Notes: generated by a model not told the origin, from the sequence alone. A stretch of 64,000 nt of DNA from Phaeosaccion multiseriatum (GCA_965112735.1 OZ218955.1:1488001-1552000); one strand, 5' to 3'. Counted from the first letter of the stretch, positions 26,793 through 54,575 are shown. Program-made: numbers and translations.

Positions 26793-28048
26793 GAGGAGGA
26801 GGGGGGAGACAAACTTCTGGCGAGAGCTCACAGCCCGTCAGAGTCTCCGCATCGAGGAAAAGAGCCCGCGGAGCAGCAGCAGGGGCAGCAGCAGCAGGAG
26901 GAGGAGGAGGAGGAGGAGGAGGAGGAGGAGGAGGAGGAGGAGGAGGAGGAGGGAGGGGACAGGCGCATTCGGACTGCCCATATCATCCTCTTCCTCAGCT
27001 ATGGGAGTGGATCCCCGTAGAAGCAGGAGGAGGAAGAGGAGGAGGAGGAGGAGGAGGAGGAGGAGGAGGAGGAGGACGAGGACGAGGAGGAGGAGGACGA
27101 GGACGAGGAGGAGGAGGAGGAGGACGACGACGACGAGGAGGAGGAGGACGAGGACGAGGAGGAGGAGGAGGAGGACGACGACGACGAGGAGGAGGAGGAG
27201 GACGAGGACAAGGACGAGGACGAGGAGGAGGAGGAGGAGGAGGAGGAGGAGGAGGAGGAGGGGGGAGACAAACTTCTGGCGAGAGCTCACAGCACGTCAG
27301 AGTCTCCGCATCGAGGAAAAGAGCCCGCGGAGCAGCAGCAGGGGCAGCAGCAGCAGGAGGAGGAGGGGGAGGAGGGGGAGGAGGAGGAGGAGGAGGAGGA
27401 GGAGGAGGAGGAGGAGGAGGAGGAGGAGGAGGAGGAGGACGAAGGGGAGGAGGAGGAGGAGGAGAGGGAGGAGGAGGAGGAGGAGAAGGAGGAGGAGGAG
27501 CAGGAGGAGCAGGAGGAGCAGGCGGAGGAGGCGGAGGAGGCGGAGGAGGAGGAAGAGGAGCAGGAGCAGGAGCAGGAGGAAGAGGAGGAGGAGGCGGAGG
27601 AGGAGGAGGAGAAAGAGGAGGAGGACGAGGAGGAGGACGAGGAGGAGGAGGAGGACGAGGAGGAGGAGGACGAGGAGCAGGAGGAGGAGGAGGAAGAGGA
27701 CGAGGACGAAGACAAGCCTCTGGCGAGAGGTCACCGACCCCTCCGAGAAAAAGATCTCGAGGAGCAGGAGGAGGAGGAGGAGGAGGAGGAGGAGGAGGAG
27801 GAGGAGGAGGAGGAGGAGGAGGAGGAGGAGGAGGAGGAGGAGAAGGAGGAGGAGGAGAAGGAGGAGGAAGAGGCGGAGGAGGAAGAGGAGCAGGAGCAGG
27901 AGCAGGAGGAGGAGGAAGAGGAGGAGGACGAGGAGGAGGACGAGGAGGAGGAGGACGAGGAGCAGGAGGAGGAGGAGGAGGAGGAGGAGGAGGACGAAGA
28001 CAAGCCTCTGGCGAGAGGTCACCGACCCCTCCGAGAAAAAGATCTCGA

Positions 28049-28083
<35 letters not shown>

Positions 28084-31000
28084 AGGAGATGACGAGTATC
28101 TGCCATCGAGTAGTGAGGAGGAGGGTGAGGAGGCGGACTCGGAGGAGAAGGAAGTGGGGCAGGGAGGAAAGAGAAGGAGCAGCAGGCTTGGGCTAAGGGC
28201 AGGTGGGCGGCAGCTGGCGGAACGGGTCAACCCCGCGGAGAGGGTGGAAGCAGCGTCTCCAGAAGATACCGACCCTCATGAGGGAGGAGGAAGAGGAGGA
28301 GAGGAGGAGGAGTGGATACCGGCGGGAGGCAGGAAGAAGAAGAAGACGAAGAAGAGCAGGAAGACGCAGCAACCGGCTTCTCAGGTGAGGGCCTACTTTC
28401 CCTGTTGTTCTCTCTCTGTCTCTCTCTCTCTCTGGCTGGGGTGTACTGTCAACCGCTCTCTCTCTCTCTGCCTAATCTCGCTCATTCTCGCTCACGCGAC
28501 CCTCTCCTTTGTTTCTGCTTGCCGTGTAGCAGGAGGGAGGGCAAAAGGCGAATGTCAAGCGTGCTGTGCAAGACCTTGGCCCCATTGTGCCCGGCTTCTT
28601 GCTGGCCTCTCAGAGTGGAAAGCCACGACGTGGCGGTTCCAGACCCGATCGTAGGAAGCCGGAGAAGGGCCAGAGGTCGGCATTACCCACCCTCGAGACC
28701 ACGTTTGTTCCCGTTGACCGCGCCGCTCAGGAGTTTAAGGAGTCTTTGGTCGAAACGCAGAAGTTTCATGTGCTTTTGGATCCCCCCTTCCGCAAGCTCC
28801 ACTCTTTTGCTGTGGATCATTCCGAGCGTCTCAGCGACGACAAGACGATTGTCATGGTGCCGTGCCCAGCAGAGACTGAGGAGGGGAAGGAGGGACAGAG
28901 CAGCAGGGTGAAGTTCCGTCTATTCTTCGCCGAGATGTTGGAGGAGAAGGAGGGACGACGCGGAAAGCTTTGTGGAGTGCAGGCCCCAGTGGGGGGAGGG
29001 AGGGAGGAGAACTTCTCCAGCCTTGGCAAGGAAAACGGGCCCCAAATGGCGTCAGCTCTCCGTGACTTGGTGAGAGGGAATGACGAGTCCAAGTCCTCTC
29101 TCTCGCTCGTCGTGAAGCGGCTCGGCCACGAAGGCAAGTTCTCCCTGGTGTTCAGCACGGTGGCTATCCCGAACGAGTCCATCAAGAAGATGTGTTCCGT
29201 CGACCCCCCCCCTGTCAAGAAGGCCGGCGAGCGTGTACACTCCGCAAGTGTGCTGTCCGAGTCCACCATCGACGCCGCCTTTGCGGGGGAGCACAAAGAA
29301 GTGGGCAAGAGGATGGCGGCGCAAGTCTTCAACACGGCCCGGAGTCTTCGTGATCGCACCAAGCCGTTTAATGCCATCGCTGCTGGAGTTCTCAACATGC
29401 GAACGCTGGACGTGACCGTCAGGGGCCGGGAGGGGGCGAGCCGAGCCAATGCTGAGTCTGGCCTTTGGGGCATCACAGAGGGCAGGCATGCTGAGCCCAT
29501 GGCACTGAAGGCCCTGGAGAGTAGCCCTCGTTTTCGGCGGGGAGATGAAGTCACCGTCGTTGTCACTACAGCGCCGTGCAAGGGGTGTGCTCAGCGCATT
29601 GCGGAAATGCACAAGGCGGGCACCCTGAATGTGCGGCGAGTGGTGATTGGGGCCTCATCCTCGGTGAGGCTAGGGGGAGTGGAGATCCTGAAAGAGGTCG
29701 GCATTGAGGTGAGGTACCCAGCTTGCCCTACAGGGAGGTAGCTAGTATATAGGGAAAGCGTGTGCTGGCCTCGCTCTCTTGTCGCCCGCTGACTCACGCC
29801 CCCCCCTCTCCTTTTCGCTTCCCACCACAACGACAAATCTGGCTGTGTGTGACCAGGTGATTGAAGAACCGAAATTCGGTGCCGGCCTTTGCCCTCGCCA
29901 TAGGATGGTCGATATTGGCGACGTCGAGGAGGTTGAATTTCAGAGAGAGCGAGACCACAGATGGCGCACTTTCACCAATGTTGGGCTGCTCCTCCCATCT
30001 TCGGCACCGACGAGCGGCCGTCTCTGCCGGAGCCTGCTTCTCACTCTGGCGGCGGCGTCGAAGAGGGGGCGCAAGAGTGATCGACACGGGCAACAGCAAA
30101 GCTTCGCACGGCTGAGCAGCGGTTCGGCTCGACTCCCACCAATGCTCATGGTGGGAAGAGATTTGCTCTCGGCTTTCGGAGCTGAACAACAACAGGCTGC
30201 TCGTGCTGCTGCTGCCAGGTCGCTCCCTCTCCACAACCCGGATGACTCAGGCGTGCTGGCTGGATTCCAACCTTTTTTTAGGAATCCGAAGGGTCAGGCG
30301 CAGCCTTGGGGTCGGCGCTTCAGAAATGGCACACCATTCTCCTCTTCGTTGGTGGAGGAGGCGGGTCTCACCCCACCCCGGCAGGTGGTTGAGGATGAGG
30401 AGAAACGCATGGAGAGGAAGAGGAGACAGCTGGAACGTCAGGAGGAGCAGAAGGCAGTGATCCGCAAGAAGGAGCAGATGAAGCGGAACAACATCTACCT
30501 CTTTCTGTCAGACCAAGTGCCGGAAGCTAGGATCAAGGAGGCCCGTAGAATTGGCGAAGAGGCCCGAAAACGAACTCAGAGGGAAGCCCGTGCCCGAGCT
30601 GACAAAGAGGAGGAGGAGGAGGAGGAGGAGGAGGAGGAGGAGGAGGAGGAGGAGGAGGAGGAGGAGGAGGAGGAGGAGGAGGAGGAAGAGGGGGAGGAGG
30701 AGGAGGAGGAGGGGGAGGAAGAGGGGGAGGGGGGAGAGAAGAAGAACAAAGAGGGGAAGAAGGAGAAGAAGAAGAAGAAAAAGAAAGGCCGATTCAGCAC
30801 GGCGACTGTGACGCTGGTAGGGCCGAGAAGGGGAGAGGGTGAGCAAGGGTCCTACAACAGCCCTGACCTGGAGCCGGTCATTCGCCAAGGATTGCACACC
30901 AGACGCGTGGCTGAGCGAATCTTTGGCGACACAGCCCTCATGAGGGATTTGCTGGGCCAGGTGCCGCGCTACGTTCTGGAGAAGGACGAGCCGGAGGACT

Positions 31001-34000
31001 CAAACCTAGGAGGGCCATTTCAGGAGGCGCGCAAACTCTTTCAGAAGACTGTGGTGCAGTTGCAGCCGTGGTGTGCTAAGTACGTGGCGTGTGGCGATGC
31101 TGATGCTGACAGCGAGTCAGACCGAGCCGGGCTGAGAGAGTGTGTACGTGAGCTGCTTGCGCACGACCCACACCTGCTGGGGGCCATGGTCAAGGGCAAG
31201 GTGCTTGGGAAGCCCCAGCTTGGTGCTTTTCTCCCCGCCCACAGGAGAGTGGAGGCTGTGCTGGGCCTGTACCATAACACTGAGCTGGGCAAGCACTTCA
31301 CGCGGGCCTTTCCTCTCAAGCCAGCGGTCACCACATACGGTGAGGTATTTCAGCGCTTCCAAGGCTGCATCAATGTGCTCCTCCAGGCTCAGGGTTGCAC
31401 GGAGGAGGCGGCCAAAGAAGTGGTGCGTTGGGCAAAGCAGAGCGTCGAAGGGCATGAGAATGAATCGATCCCCGGGGAGGAGCACCCTAAAGGAAAGGAG
31501 GCGAGAAAGAAGGAGATGAAGGAGCGCAAGAAGAAGAGAAAGAAGGCAGAGAGCAAGAAGAACAAGCGCGGTCAAACAAGGTTCTGCAGGGGCTCGAGAC
31601 AGACTGTGGAGCAGAAAGAGGAGAAGAGGCGTAAGGTGGTGGAGAATCTGCCGAAGGAAGAATGGGCGGTGGAGGTGGCCCCGGGAGAAGCGAAGAAGGT
31701 GTTACAGCTCCTCTGGGAAGACCCGGCGTACATGGGTGAAGAGGGGGCCGTGGAAACCGAGGTGGAGGAGCTCCTTCGTTCCGCTGTGGGGGAGCGGCTG
31801 CCTTTTGTGACCGTCTTGGGGTTTGACCCAGCAAAACGGCCCCCAGAAGGGCTCCAGGAGAGAGATCACCGAGAGTTTGCTGCCAAACTCTACTCCTTCC
31901 TTACAGGGAGTCGCTATGAGCGATGCCGCCTGGTAAGCAAACCTACCACCACCCCACCCCACCCCACACCACCACCACCACCACCACCACATGCCTTCTC
32001 ATCACCCTCCTTGGCTTGTCCTTCTGTTTGGGAAACCTCACCCCATTTGAACCCCCCTCTTGCTTGTCTCTCTTCTCAGGTCCAGAAGCAGCGGCTCCTC
32101 TCCCTGATAGCTGCAGACTTGGCGAGGATGGAGGTTATCCACTCCTTCACCAACGTCTACACGCAAAAGCCGGGTCCACGGGACTTGACGCAGCGCCGTG
32201 GCAGGCAGTACGGCAAGCAGCTACCAGAAGCCCGGCACGTCCTCGGTGATGTGGCTGCTCAGGTGAAGAAGATGGAGCGGGAGGAGGCGTCGAGGAAGAT
32301 GAGGGAGCGAGTTGCTAACGTTGCTCCACAGCTGGCGGAGCTGGCCTGTTACCTTGCTGGCGACACTGGGAAGAGAAATGCGGAAGCTGCGGATAGGGCC
32401 ATCTTGGGGGGGGTTGCGGCAGTGGCCTATGCTTCCTCCTCCTCCGTGGCCGAGCGCGAATGCCCCATTGATGCTGACGCCCTCGTATCGGCAACAGCTT
32501 CTCTTGCGGTAGCTCGGCATCTCTCCTCAGGGCAAGACCAGCCTTTGCCAACAGCGATGGCCAAGAGAGTGGCAGACCTTCTCAAGCGCGAGCGCCTCTC
32601 CCCCCCCGAGGAGGGTGTTGAAGACACCGTCCTCGAGGCCGCTATTGGTTGGGCAAAGACACAGCTTGCCTCTCCAGCAGATGCTTCCGCAAGGGGTAGG
32701 TCAATGATGGAATGCCTCAAGCACGCCACCAGAGTTGCGATGTTTGCTGCGAGCTACGCAAAGGAGCTGGGGCACACCTCTGAAACCGTCCTTCGTCGGC
32801 TTGCGTTTGAGGCAATCGCCCGAACCTGCCCCTCTGAGGCGCCGTCGGAGCTTGTGGCTGCCGCCTGGGCGTTCACGATTCAAGTCCTTGACTGTGGACT
32901 TTCCAAGCGGGGCTTGAAAAGGAGCCGAGTTGCGAGCTTGGCAGGGAGGAAAGTACGGCAGCAGCAGCAGCAGCAGGAGCAGCAGGAGCAGCAGGAGCAG
33001 CAGCAGGAGCAGCAGCAGCGGCAAGAGGAGGAGGGTGCGGCGGGAGGGACGAGTGGGGGGCAAGGGGTGAGGGGAGGCAAGGGATTGAGGGGAGGCAAGG
33101 GGGGGAAGTCTTTGGACCATCAGATCGACCGGGTGCAGGCCACTGCTGGGCTCCTTCGCTTCCGTGGCATATGTAAGGGGACGGACTACGAATGCGGGCG
33201 GAAGCAGAGGGCGACCGAGTACTTTCAAGTGGTGTCGGAGGGCGAGCTGGGGGCAGGCGAATGCAGGCTCAAGTACAGAATAGTCGAAGGGCAGCAGCCT
33301 GCTAAGGCTCTTTGGGTGGAGAAGGTGACGGCCAAGCTCAACAAGGAGGGCCCGGAGCTGTCGGTATTCGATGCCGAGATGGAGAAAGATGTGCGGAAGC
33401 TTCTTCGCATTCCCCTCAAGTCCGCAGATGGGTCTCAACCTCGGCCCAAGTGGGTGTGCGTCACTGGCGAGGTGCGAGGGGGAGAGGTCACGCCTGACCC
33501 TCCCCAGCTGCACGTCACCTTCGAGGACGCTGGTGCCCTTTCACCTGTGGAGGTGGCGGAGTTACCAAAGGTGCCAGAGGTGGCAAAGATGGCTGATGAG
33601 TTGGGCAAGCTCCGGGCCCAGGAGGGGGAAAGGACCAAGGCGCGAGCAGGGAGGGGGGCGGCGGGGGGAGTGGCACACGCACAGCAGAGGATCAGGAGGA
33701 GACAAGACGACGACTGGTAGAGTTGCGCCTGGAGGCTTCCGAGCTTGCCCGCGGTCTGCAGGGCCAACGGAACACCAAGGGCAAGCGAAGGAAGAGCAGG
33801 CGGCTGGCCCATTTGCGCGAGCGAATCCGGTGCCTCGATCGGCGGATATCTGCTGCGTACGGAACCACCCGAAAGTGGCGTGCCGTGGTCAGGGGCGATG
33901 TGAGGCGCAATTCAGGGCTGGGAAAGAACACGAAGTGGGTGGAGGTGTTCGATCCCCTGGAGGGCTTGGAGGAGGCTGAGAAGGAGTCCATCATCAACTA

Positions 34001-35120
34001 CATGCGGAGCTTGACTCCCGGTCAGCGATGGCTTGGGTGTGACCCGGGGGTGCGTACGTTTCTCATGATTTACGACCTCACCAGGAATCGTGTGATTCGG
34101 ATCGGGCACCTCTTCTCGGCCAAGATGCAGGCCCTCCAAAACCGCATTGGAAAGTTGACAGGGGCTATCCATCAGGCCGAAGAGGTAAGAAGGAGGAATC
34201 TTGGCTGCCCTGGCTGTTTCCCTCTCCCCCCGCACACTTCCCCTTTGTATTACTTCGAAGTAGTAGGGGCCGCTCACCAGGCACTCTCCCTTTCCCTCTC
34301 CCCCTCTTTTTGCCCGACACTTCTCTTCCCCGCCCCGCAGGTCAGGCAGGAGACACTGTCCCGCCTTCACCGTACGGCTGACAAGCTGCGCAGCATATTG
34401 CGGCAGAAGACAAGGGCGCTCCACACCATCGCGACAAGATTCATCGTCGAGAATGCGAGCCACTTTGTTCTGCCCCCCGTGCGCGCGCAAGCATGGTCGA
34501 GTCGACGGGGGCGTCAGAAGTCCGGTCTGCCCATGACCATGGGGAAAGACATGAATGCTCTCTCCTTTGGGCTCTTCCGGCAGCGCCTGAAAACGGTGGG
34601 TGGGTGGGTGGGTGGCTGAGGGGTGTGCTCCACACAACCAAGTGGCATGGAACCTGACCTGCTGACTGCCTTGCTCGCCTCGACTCAGGCCATGTCTTCT
34701 CCGTCCTGCTCACTCACACTGTGCGAGCCGAATGAGGCCTACACCACCAAGACATGTGGTGCGTGTGGCGCCTACAATCCCAGTGTGGGGGGCAAGAAGC
34801 AGTGGACGTGTCCCGCCTGCCACAGGATGCTGCCCCGAGACCCCTCAGCGGCTAGGACGATAACATTGTTTGGCCTTCAGCAGTTCGCTGAAGGCAACAA
34901 ACACCTCCCCAGTAAGTGGCGCCGCGACCCAAACATGCTTCATCTCGCTCCCCCTCGGTCACTCCCTGTCCTCCTCCTGTCTGCCCCCTTGTTGCGTGCT
35001 TGTTCACACCCCACAATACGAGTAGCTGGGGCAGACCAGCTGGTCGCCGGGGGAGCAGCTGACAGCGGACAGAAGTCCGCTCTAAGCTGCACAGATCCTG
35101 TCCCGGAACAGGAGATGTAG
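25205..35120 (+). CDS. Giant spliced Fanzor2/TnpB-like protein (~2,800 aa) with RGG-rich region and internal zinc-dependent deaminase domain; one 1-nt frameshift at ~33653-33668
   Basis: Phase-consistent GT-AG exon chain: 25205-25404, 25627-25822, 26282-28384, 28533-29708, 29857-31932, 32080-34184, 34341-34595, 34689-35120 (possible further intron 34912-35022). Deaminase HAE 29487-29495 and PCKGC 29574-29588. RuvC-I WLGCDPGVRTFLMIYD (D 34041). FVLPP (P 34473). NEAYTTKTCGACG (E 34734). WTCPAC. RDPSAARTI (D 34839). Domain calls are confident; the single-polypeptide model and the 5' end are less so. Confidence 0.75.
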
Positions 35121-35293
35121 GTGAGTAGCACCTGCATGTTATGTTATATATTTCAACCCTCTAACCGATTTTTGTGCTCCCTTGTCCCTTGTTCCCGCCA
35201 CCGCCACAAAATTCCAAATTTCTTTTTCTTCTCCCTTTTCCGGGCCGGCGGTCGACGGTATAAAAATGCGCCTACTTTGTGAAACGTTTTCTT
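35121..35293 (+). ncRNA. Predicted omegaRNA region (scaffold ending at the right TIR, guide from flanking DNA)
   Basis: Positional inference only: TnpB/Fanzor omegaRNAs derive from the element's right end. Small possible stems TTTTGTG/CACAAAA (~35170/~35205) and CCGCC/GGCGG. Confidence 0.3.
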
Positions 35294-35604
35294 GACCCCC
35301 ATCAGATTACTACTTACTCCACTCTATTTAGCTTAGCACAGAACTAGTTCTCCAGAGAGAGGGAGAGAAGAAAGGGAAGCTGTGACAAGCAGTGAGGGCA
35401 GCTGTGACAAGCAGTGAGGGCAGCACCGACGAAGAGGGAGGGCGGGAGAGGGGCTTCTCGTTTAGCGGCAGTGGCAGCTCTGCCTTACTGCCGCACAACA
35501 ACCGGGCGAGTGAGGAGGAAGAGGACGGTCGCGGTCGAGACCACCCCCCCGTGGGGAAGGACGAGTGGCCGTAGAGGGGGCGCTGGAAAGAGAGAGGAGC
35601 CATC

Positions 35605-52414
<16,810 letters not shown>

Positions 52415-53060
52415 CTTTGAGCTTGGCCTTGCTTGATGTGTCCCTGGTTGATGTTCTTGCTCATGTAGAGAGCTTGGTGGATGTTCTTGGTCATGTAGGG
52501 AGCCCTGACCCGAGAGGGGGTGGGGTAGACCCGACCCTGACCCGCGGGGAGGGAGGGAGAGGGAGGTGGAGGGACGCGAAGTTTTCGAACCCCTTTTGAA
52601 TATAACAATGTCTCCTCTCCTGTACTTCGAAGTACTTCGTAGTAGTACTTAAGTTAAGTAGTACTTAAGTAAGGACTTAAGTTGAACCCACAAGTCAATG
52701 AAAAAGCCACCTAAATGGCCCATTACAACCAGACTCTTGCCGTTGTGGCTGTTGTTCAGAAGAAGAAAAATGGTAAATAGGTATAGCATGCATGTTATAG
52801 GTAATAAGTTGCCGCCGCGGACAGAGCCCGGCTGGGGAAGGCTGGGGGAGGGCAGACGCACATCGGGTAAATACACATTGACTTTTTTTTAATTTTCAAA
52901 TAAAAATAAAAATAAAACAATAGCTGCGACAAAAGGGGAATAGTGAAAACGAGGAATTTCGAGGCGGGTGGGTGAGCGCTATGCCACAACAGGGCAAAGG
53001 CGGAGGGGTGTGAGAGAGAGGTCAGCAACAGCAGCAGCAGCAGCAGGTGGAGCAGCAGCA

Positions 53061-53965
53061 GGAGGAGGAGGAGGAGGAGGAGGAGGAGGAGGAGGAGGAG
53101 GAGGAGGAGGAGGAGGAGGAGGAGGAGGAGGAGGAGGAGGAGGAGGAGGAGGAGGAGGAGGAGGAGGAGGAGGAGGAGGAGGAGGAGGAGGAGGAGGAGG
53201 AGGAGGAGGAGGAGGAGGAGGAGGAGGAGGAGGAGGAGGAGGAGGAGGAGGAGGAGGAGGAGGAGGAGGAGGAGGAGGAGGAGGAGGAGGAGGAGGAGGA
53301 GGAGGAGGAGGAGGAGGAGGAGGAGGAGGAGGAGGAGGAGGAGGAGGAGGAGGAGGAGGAGGAGGAGGAGGAGGAGGAGGAGGAGGAGGAGGAGGAGGAG
53401 GAGGAGGAGGAGGAGGAGGAGGAGGAGGAGGAGGAGGAGGAGGAGGAGGAGGAGGAGGAGGAGGAGGAGGAGGAGGAGGAGGAGGAGGAGGAGGAGGAGG
53501 AGGAGGAGGAGGAGGAGGAGGAGGAGGAGGAGGAGGAGGAGGAGGAGGAGGAGGAGGAGGAGGAGGAGGAGGAGGAGGAGGAGGAGGAGGAGGAGGAGGA
53601 GGAGGAGGAGGAGGAGGAGGAGGAGGAGGAGGAGGAGGAGGAGGAGGAGGAGGAGGAGGAGGAGGAGGAGGAGGAGGAGGAGGAGGAGGAGGAGGAGGAG
53701 GAGGAGGAGGAGGAGGAGGAGGAGGAGGAGGAGGAGGAGGAGGAGGAGGAGGAGGAGGAGGAGGAGGAGGAGGAGGAGGAGGAGGAGGAGGAGGAGGAGG
53801 AGGAGGAGGAGGAGGAGGAGGAGGAGGAGGAGGAGGAGGAGGAGGAGGAGGAGAAGAGGAGGAGGAGGAGGAGGAGGAGGAGGAGGAGGAGGAGGAGGAG
53901 GAGGAGGAGGAGGAGGAGGAGGAGGAGGAGGAGGAGCAGGAGGAGGAGGAGGAGGAGGAGGAGGA
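53061..53965. repeat. ~900-bp (GAG)n tract between convergent genes
   Basis: Direct inspection; intergenic between CFAP57 and the ankyrin gene. Confidence 0.95.
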
Positions 53966-54293
53966 AGAAGAAGAGGAGGAGGAGTGATAGGACTTTGTTC
54001 CAGCAATCACTTCGCACAACCTCCCCTAAGCAACAAGCTGACACTTTGTGCTGAATGCGTCGCAACGGACTCGCTGGGAGGGTCTTGAAAGGACAATCGA
54101 CAGGACAACAGGCATTCCGCAGTCATGGTGTATATAACAATTAGGTCGTTTCCCACGCAAAAAATGCCGTGCTCGTTCTCCTCGCCTCTGGGTTGCTTTC
54201 AGTATATAGTAGTGCACTATAGAATAAGAAAGGGAAGAGGTTGTTTCTACATAAATAGAAATAACTTTAGTATTAGAAGTAGTAATAGTAGAA

Positions 54294-54575
<282 letters not shown>

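Larger units (their letters stand above)
21127..35273 (+). mobile_element. ~14.1-kb TIR DNA transposon-like element carrying a deaminase-Fanzor gene
   Basis: Left TIR AGGCGCACTTTTATAGTGTCGACC (21127-21150) vs reverse complement of 35250-35273, AGGCGCATTTTTATACCGTCGACC: 21/24 identical. Flanks ACTTTGGGAG (21117-21126) and ACTTTGTGAA (35274-35283) are 8/10 identical. The element sits between two divergent host genes and encodes a TnpB/Fanzor RuvC next to its right end. Confidence 0.75.

Noticed and set aside
28817-29581. 254-aa minus-strand ORF
   Set aside because: Antisense shadow of the GC-rich deaminase exon; no motifs.
33653-33669. Canonical programmed -1 ribosomal frameshift site
   Set aside because: G GGG GGA does not fit the usual eukaryotic X XXY YYZ with Y=A/U; an indel or assembly error is more parsimonious.
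21127-35273. IS607 serine recombinase, Helitron Rep/helicase or DDE catalytic core inside the element
   Set aside because: No recognisable motifs for any of these in the translated frames.
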